From contig CAXHJY010000324.1 in NCBI GenBank assembly GCA_964016885.1, positions 1 through 25,324 on the forward strand: 25,324 bases of DNA, written 5' to 3'. Shown one piece after another: positions 10,459 through 25,324 of this stretch; positions within the stretch are counted from its first letter, which is position 1, and the number at the start of each line of letters is the position of its first letter. The notes beneath the pieces were generated by a model that did no database searches, was not told the DNA's origin, and saw only the letters and a list, made by a program, of their open reading frames with translations. The stretch comes from Eledone cirrhosa. Lineage: Eukaryota. A program made the translations under genes and the position numbers.

Positions 10459-11511
10459 ATGGTGGCTGCCAACTCGATTGTAAACGTACTACTGATCTTT
10501 GTTATTTACCGATTATTAAATGTACCATTATGTTATGTTAAATTTTGTAAATTCTGTAATATCTTTATATTTTTATAATTTTTGTAATGTTTGGATAATA
10601 TTTATTTATTTACACCAATTGTATAGAAATTTGACCTCCATCTGTTTTTCTTGCAATGGTTTTGATATTTTTCCAACATAATTTTTCCAACATAATTTAG
10701 TTCTGTACAATATTTTTTCTCACCCGGTCTGTAACCCTATATGATTTGTTAAGTTATATGCCATTATATTATAATATTGTTATTATAGTGTTATTGTAAC
10801 ATTTATATTGTTTGTGCAAATTAACTGGAGATTATCTATTATATAATTATATAGTTTATTATATATTATATGTTTAGTTTTAATCATTTATTCTTCATTT
10901 TATACTGTAAATAATATATGTATTTTATTTTTATTTTTATTTTTATCTTTATTCTTATTATTCTTATTATTCTTATTTAAACTCTTAATAAGGGTTAGTT
11001 TGTGCTTGTATTGATGGAAATGTGTATTGATATATATGTATATATGTGTACATATGTATATATGTGTACATATGTATATTGGGCCTTTTAATATTATTTT
11101 ATTATTATTATTATCATCATCAATTATATATTATATTATATTATATATAGTACAATAATTCCCTCTCTATATCACCACCTTTGTTTAGCTTTTGCATTGG
11201 ACTATATTTGTAATATGGTTCAAAATGTTATTCACTTCCTTAGCAATTTTTACTTGATGTACACTCCATATTCTTCTGAGTTTTTGGCTTGTATTGGCCG
11301 ATAGTGCTTCTTATAGCTTTAATTGCCCTGATGAGTCCTTAATAGGACGAAACATTGTTGGCTAATAAAGACTTTTGATGTATTGAAGGCTTCTTTGGTT
11401 TATTTTCATAATTCTTCGGCTCTGTTTAATTTCATTGAGCTATACTTTTACTGTCATTTCTATAATACGAAGAGTGTGTTTAACTCCAACACACTCTAGT
11501 ATTTAAATTCT
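10459..11511 (+). mobile_element. ~1.05-kb non-coding hammerhead-bearing element (Penelope 3' region/pLTR-like) between TA microsatellites
   Basis: Very AT-rich with no ORF; hammerhead at 11317-11370; 10-bp hairpin at 11471-11497; first 18 bp identical to 22038-22055. Confidence 0.6.
11317..11370 (+). ncRNA. Type I hammerhead ribozyme with canonical core
   Basis: cuuuaauuGCC CUGAUGA GUCCU-uaau-AGGAC GAAA CAUUG UU|GGCuaauaaag; perfect 5-bp stem II, minimal stem III, predicted cleavage after 11359. Confidence 0.85.
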
Positions 11512-14635
<3,124 letters not shown>

Positions 14636-14794
14636 ATTGGAATAAATGCTCTGAAATAGCGATATATATGTGAATATAGACATAGAATATTCGAAAATAT
14701 TCTGTATGTTTATAATAAACATTTTGAAGACCTAATCGCTATAGAATAGAATACGTCACGTATTACAATTAGATTCTCGATAAAAGCAAGGGAA

Positions 14795-14837
14795 GTAATC
14801 TACGCGTTTCATTCTCGTTAGAAATCATCAGGACTAC
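14795..14837 (-). ncRNA. Type I hammerhead ribozyme (310-bp monomer 1)
   Basis: GUAGUC CUGAUGA U UUCU-aacg-AGAA U GAAA CGCG UA|GAUUAC; 6-bp stem I, palindromic stem III ACGCGU, cleavage between 14801 and 14800. Confidence 0.88.
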
Positions 14838-15104
14838 ATATCCAGTGCTTTTATCGAGAATGACACAGCTAGAGACTTATAGAATACTTAGCTGTGTACA
14901 GGAACTGGTTTGAAAGAGCGGTTGCCGGTCCGGCAGAAATTAGAAATTGGAATAAATGCTCTGAAATAGCGATATATATGTGAATATAGACATAGAATAT
15001 TCGAAAATATTCTGTATGTTTATAATAAACATTTTGAAGACCTAATCGCTATAGAATAGAATACGTCACGTATTACAATTAGATTCTCGATAAAAGCAAG
15101 GGAA

Positions 15105-15147
15105 GTAATCTACGCGTTTCATTCTCGTTAGAAATCATCAGGACTAC
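15105..15147 (-). ncRNA. Type I hammerhead ribozyme (monomer 2)
   Basis: Identical to 14795-14837. Confidence 0.88.
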
Positions 15148-15414
15148 ATATCCAGTGCTTTTATCGAGAATGACACAGCTAGAGACTTATAGAATACTTA
15201 GCTGTGTACAGGAACTGGTTTGAAAGAGCGGTTGCCGGTCCGGCAGAAATTAGAAATTGGAATAAATGCTCTGAAATAGCGATATATATGTGAATATAGA
15301 CATAGAATATTCGAAAATATTCTGTATGTTTATAATAAACATTTTGAAGACCTAATCGCTATAGAATAGAATACGTCACGTATTACAATTAGATTCTCGA
15401 TAAAAGCAAGGGAA

Positions 15415-15457
15415 GTAATCTACGCGTTTCATTCTCGTTAGAAATCATCAGGACTAC
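15415..15457 (-). ncRNA. Type I hammerhead ribozyme (monomer 3)
   Basis: Identical to 14795-14837. Confidence 0.88.
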
Positions 15458-15723
15458 ATATCCAGTGCTTTTATCGAGAATGACACAGCTAGAGACTTAT
15501 AGAATACTTAGCTGTGTACAGGAACTGGTTTGAAAGAGCGGTTGCCGGTCCGGCAGAAATTAGAAATTGGAATAAATGCTCTGAAATAGCGATATATATG
15601 TGAATATAGACATAGAATATTCGAAAATATTCTGTATGTTATAATAAACATTTTGAAGACCTAATCGCTATAGAATAGAATACGTCACGTATTACAATTA
15701 GATTCTCGATAAAAGCAAGGGAA

Positions 15724-15766
15724 GTAATCTACGCGTTTCATTCTCGTTAGAAATCATCAGGACTAC
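15724..15766 (-). ncRNA. Type I hammerhead ribozyme (monomer 4)
   Basis: Identical to 14795-14837. Confidence 0.88.
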
Positions 15767-16448
15767 ATATCCAGTGCTTTTATCGAGAATGACACAGCTA
15801 GAGACTTATAGAATACTTAGCTGTGTACAGGAACTGGTTTGAAAGAGCGGTTGCCGTCCGGCAGAAATTAGAAATTGGAATAAATGCTCTGAAATAGCGA
15901 TATATATGTGAATATAGACATAGAATATTCGAAAATATTCTGTATGTTTATAATAAACATTTTGAAGACCTAATCGCTATAGAATAGAATACGTCACGTA
16001 TTACAATTAGATTCTCGATAAAAGCAAGGGAAGTAATCTACGCGTTTCATTCTCGTTAGAAATCATCAGGACCTGATGATTTCTAACGAGAATGAAACGC
16101 GTAGATTACTTCCCTTGCTTTTATCGTTAGAAATCATCAGGTCCTGATGATTTCTAACGAGAATGAAACGCGTAGATTACTTCCCTTGCTTTTATCGAGA
16201 ATCTAATTGTAATACGTGACGTATTCTATTCTATAGCGATTAGGTCCTTCAAAATGTTTATTATAAACATACAGAATATTTTCGAATATTCTATGTCTAT
16301 ATTCACATATATATCGCTATTTCAGAGCATTTATTCCAATTTCTAATTTCTGCCGGACCGGCAACCGCTCTTTCAAACCAGTTCCTGTACACAGCTAAGT
16401 ATTCTATAAGTCTCTAGCTGTGTCATTCTCGATAAAAGCACTGGATAT

Positions 16449-16491
16449 GTAGTCCTGATGATTTCTAACGAGAATGAAACGCGTAGATTAC
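16449..16491 (+). ncRNA. Type I hammerhead ribozyme (inverted monomer)
   Basis: gtagtcCTGATGAtttctaacgagaatGAAAcgcgTAgattac read directly on the + strand; cleavage after 16485. Confidence 0.88.
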
Positions 16492-16615
16492 TTCCCTTGC
16501 TTTTATCGAGAATCTAATTGTAATACGTGACGTATTCTATTCTATAGCGATTAGGTCTTCAAAATGTTTATTATAAACATACAGAATATTTTCGAATATT
16601 CTATGTCTATATTCA

Positions 16616-20799
<4,184 letters not shown>

Positions 20800-21068
20800 A
20801 AAGTTGTAATAAAATGAAAACGAAATTTCATTTCTCACTCTTAATTTTTATAAGGAAAGTATCTACTTTCGAACGTTCAACCATCTGGCAGAAGGGTATA
20901 CGATGCTGATGATAGCTAACAAGCTTGAAACTAGTACATCGTTCTGTGTCAGTGTTGAACAAAAAGGTGACGTGGTTGCCTTAACACCGTACGGCATAAA
21001 TTCAGGCTGTTCAGTTGTTTACAAACGAACAAAGCGGCGCTATAATAAGCGTCCGCTAAACTGATACG
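20800..21068 (+). mobile_element. ~270-bp hammerhead element (solo pLTR or retrozyme monomer), copy 1
   Basis: Unique island in the TA array with a central hammerhead and further hairpins (agcggcgct-ataata-agcgtccgct); repeated at 24942. Confidence 0.7.
20900..20942 (+). ncRNA. Type I hammerhead ribozyme
   Basis: ACGAUG CUGAUGA U AGCU-aaca-AGCU U GAAA CUAG UA|CAUCGU; perfect 6-bp stem I, palindromic stem III ACUAGU, cleavage after 20936. Confidence 0.88.
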
Positions 21069-21096
21069 TACATATATGTATGTGTACCTGTATGTA

Positions 21097-21144
<48 letters not shown>

Positions 21145-21459
21145 TGCTACTGTACGTCTGTATACATATATGTATGTACGTATACATACATACTTACATA
21201 TATATATATACATATTATATTTATACATATACATATACATATATATATATATATACATATACATATACATATATATACATATACATATATATACATATAT
21301 ATATATAATACATATATATATATACATATACATATATATATATACATATATATATACATATATATATATACATATATATATATACATACATATATATATA
21401 TACATATACATACATATATATATATACATATATATATATACATACATATATATATATAC

Positions 21460-21506
<47 letters not shown>

Positions 21507-21525
21507 CATACATATATATATATAC

Positions 21526-21590
<65 letters not shown>

Positions 21591-21881
21591 CATATATATA
21601 CATACATATATATACATATACATATATATACATATACATATATATATATATACATATACATATACATATATATATATATACATACATATATATATATATA
21701 CATATACATATACATATATATATATATACATACATATATATATATATACATATACATATACATATATATATATATACATACATATATATATATATACATA
21801 TACATATATATATATATACATATATATACATATATATATATATACATATATATACATATATATATATATACATATATATAC

Positions 21882-21959
<78 letters not shown>

Positions 21960-21973
21960 ATACATATATATAC

Positions 21974-22028
<55 letters not shown>

Positions 22029-22037
22029 CATATATAT
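21069..22037. repeat. (AT)nAC compound microsatellite
   Basis: Directly visible. Confidence 0.95.
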
Positions 22038-22594
22038 ATGGTGGCTGCCAACTCGTTTTCGAGTACGGCCACTACTTTATATCCATGTAGGAGAACCCCT
22101 ACCGATGCGCTAAACGAGTGACTTTTTAGTCCAGCCAGCGACTTGAAAACTCTGGTACAAACACTACACTTGTGACAATTATTGACACATAGTGCTGGGC
22201 CCATGGTACCATGTGACGACAAGTGCAGAGAGATCTCCAGATATAAAGCAATGCCTGTGCCGTGAAGCTTTTATAGTGAGCAAAGGCACTGCACAAAGCC
22301 AGTCCCACTCTCTAACCAAGATGATATTTACCAAAAAGAAGAACAAGTCAACATCATTGGATACCATCAGGGTTGCAGGTGTTATATCAGAGTTTTCCTT
22401 CTCCTAGAATTCTGCCTTGACAAAGGCTAAGGGGTCATCTCTCCCGGTGATTTTGGATGGCCATTGACTCTTAAGAGCTCCTTTGCCCTTTGACAGGTTT
22501 TGTTTTTAGTCCTGCAGGATGTCCAAAGTCACCCTCCTCACCAAGAAACCTTGGTGGGGTTGCCAGTTTAGTCGCCAACGACCGACCATGAGAC
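22038..22594 (-). mobile_element. Non-autonomous, internally deleted RTE-derived element (5' UTR-like part + C-terminal zinc-finger remnant + 3' end with TA tail)
   Basis: 22118-22174 encodes [19 protein letters not shown] (C2H2-like RTE ORF end); the 5' part with ctaggagaaggaaaactctg resembles RTE 5' UTRs; ends gagttggcagccacca(ta)n. Confidence 0.65.
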
Positions 22595-24941
<2,347 letters not shown>

Positions 24942-25212
24942 AAAGTTGTAATAAAATGAAACGAAATTTCATTTCTCACTCTTAATTTTCATAAGGAAAG
25001 TATCTACTTCGAACGTTCAACCATCTGGCAGAAGGGTATACGATGCTGATGATAGCTAACAAGCTTGAAACTAGTACATCGTTCCTGTGTCAGTGTTGAA
25101 CAAAAAGGTGACGTGGTTGCCTTAACACCGTACGGCATAAATTCAGGCTGTTCAGTTTGTTTACAAACGAACAAAGCGGGGCGCTATAATAAGCGTCCGC
25201 TAAACTGATACG
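24942..25212 (+). mobile_element. ~270-bp hammerhead element, copy 2
   Basis: Matches 20800-21068 apart from homopolymer indels and one substitution. Confidence 0.65.
25040..25082 (+). ncRNA. Type I hammerhead ribozyme (copy of 20900-20942)
   Basis: Identical 43-nt motif. Confidence 0.85.
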
Positions 25213-25240
25213 TACATATATGTATGTGTACCTGTATGTA

Positions 25241-25302
<62 letters not shown>

Positions 25303-25324
25303 TGCTACTGTACGTCTGTATACA

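Larger units (their letters stand above)
14636..16615. mobile_element. Tandem array of a 310-bp hammerhead-containing monomer (non-LTR retrozyme-like): ~4.6 direct copies, a double fold-back, then ~1.5 inverted copies
   Basis: Unit starts ATTGGAATAAATG at 14636, 14946, 15256, 15566 and 15874; copies are nearly identical; inversion centres at 16071 and 16142. Confidence 0.9.

Noticed and set aside
11471-11500. Helitron 3' end (hairpin plus CTAG)
   Set aside because: CTAG overlaps the hairpin stem rather than following it, unique sequence continues beyond it, and no 5' TC end was identified
14636-16071. CRISPR array or ordinary satellite
   Set aside because: There are no variable spacers, the context is eukaryotic, and each 310-bp unit is identical and contains a hammerhead

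Overview
AT-rich animal genomic DNA; the SINE/MITE content and huge (TA)n/(TAC)-type arrays suggest a coleoid cephalopod such as Octopus (inference). Bases 233-5796 hold four spliced minus-strand exons of a dual oxidase (DUOX; FAD/NADPH-binding region). Its last exon lies left of the window and no upstream exon is recognisable in the remaining 19.5 kb. That stretch is mostly alternating purine-pyrimidine microsatellite, and all long ORFs in the track are microsatellite artefacts. Nearly every unique island embedded in the microsatellite carries a self-cleaving ribozyme motif. There are four distinct type I hammerhead families: (i) a 5'-truncated Penelope-like element with inverted pseudo-LTRs and a U3-A8 core variant (7463-10230); (ii) a 1-kb element with a canonical hammerhead (10459-11511); (iii) a 310-bp tandem plus inverted, highly structured retrozyme-like array (14636-16615); (iv) a ~270-bp element present twice (20800 and 24942). 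An RTE-derived internally deleted element may retain the 3' half of an HDV-like ribozyme (22038-22594). The hammerhead elements share an architecture: 3' ends run into TA microsatellite ~110-165 nt after the cleavage site, and both inverted structures have one arm ~35 bp longer. This suggests a Penelope-driven, TA-microsatellite-targeted family of ribozyme retroelements. Ribozyme activity, expression and assembly accuracy cannot be verified from sequence alone.
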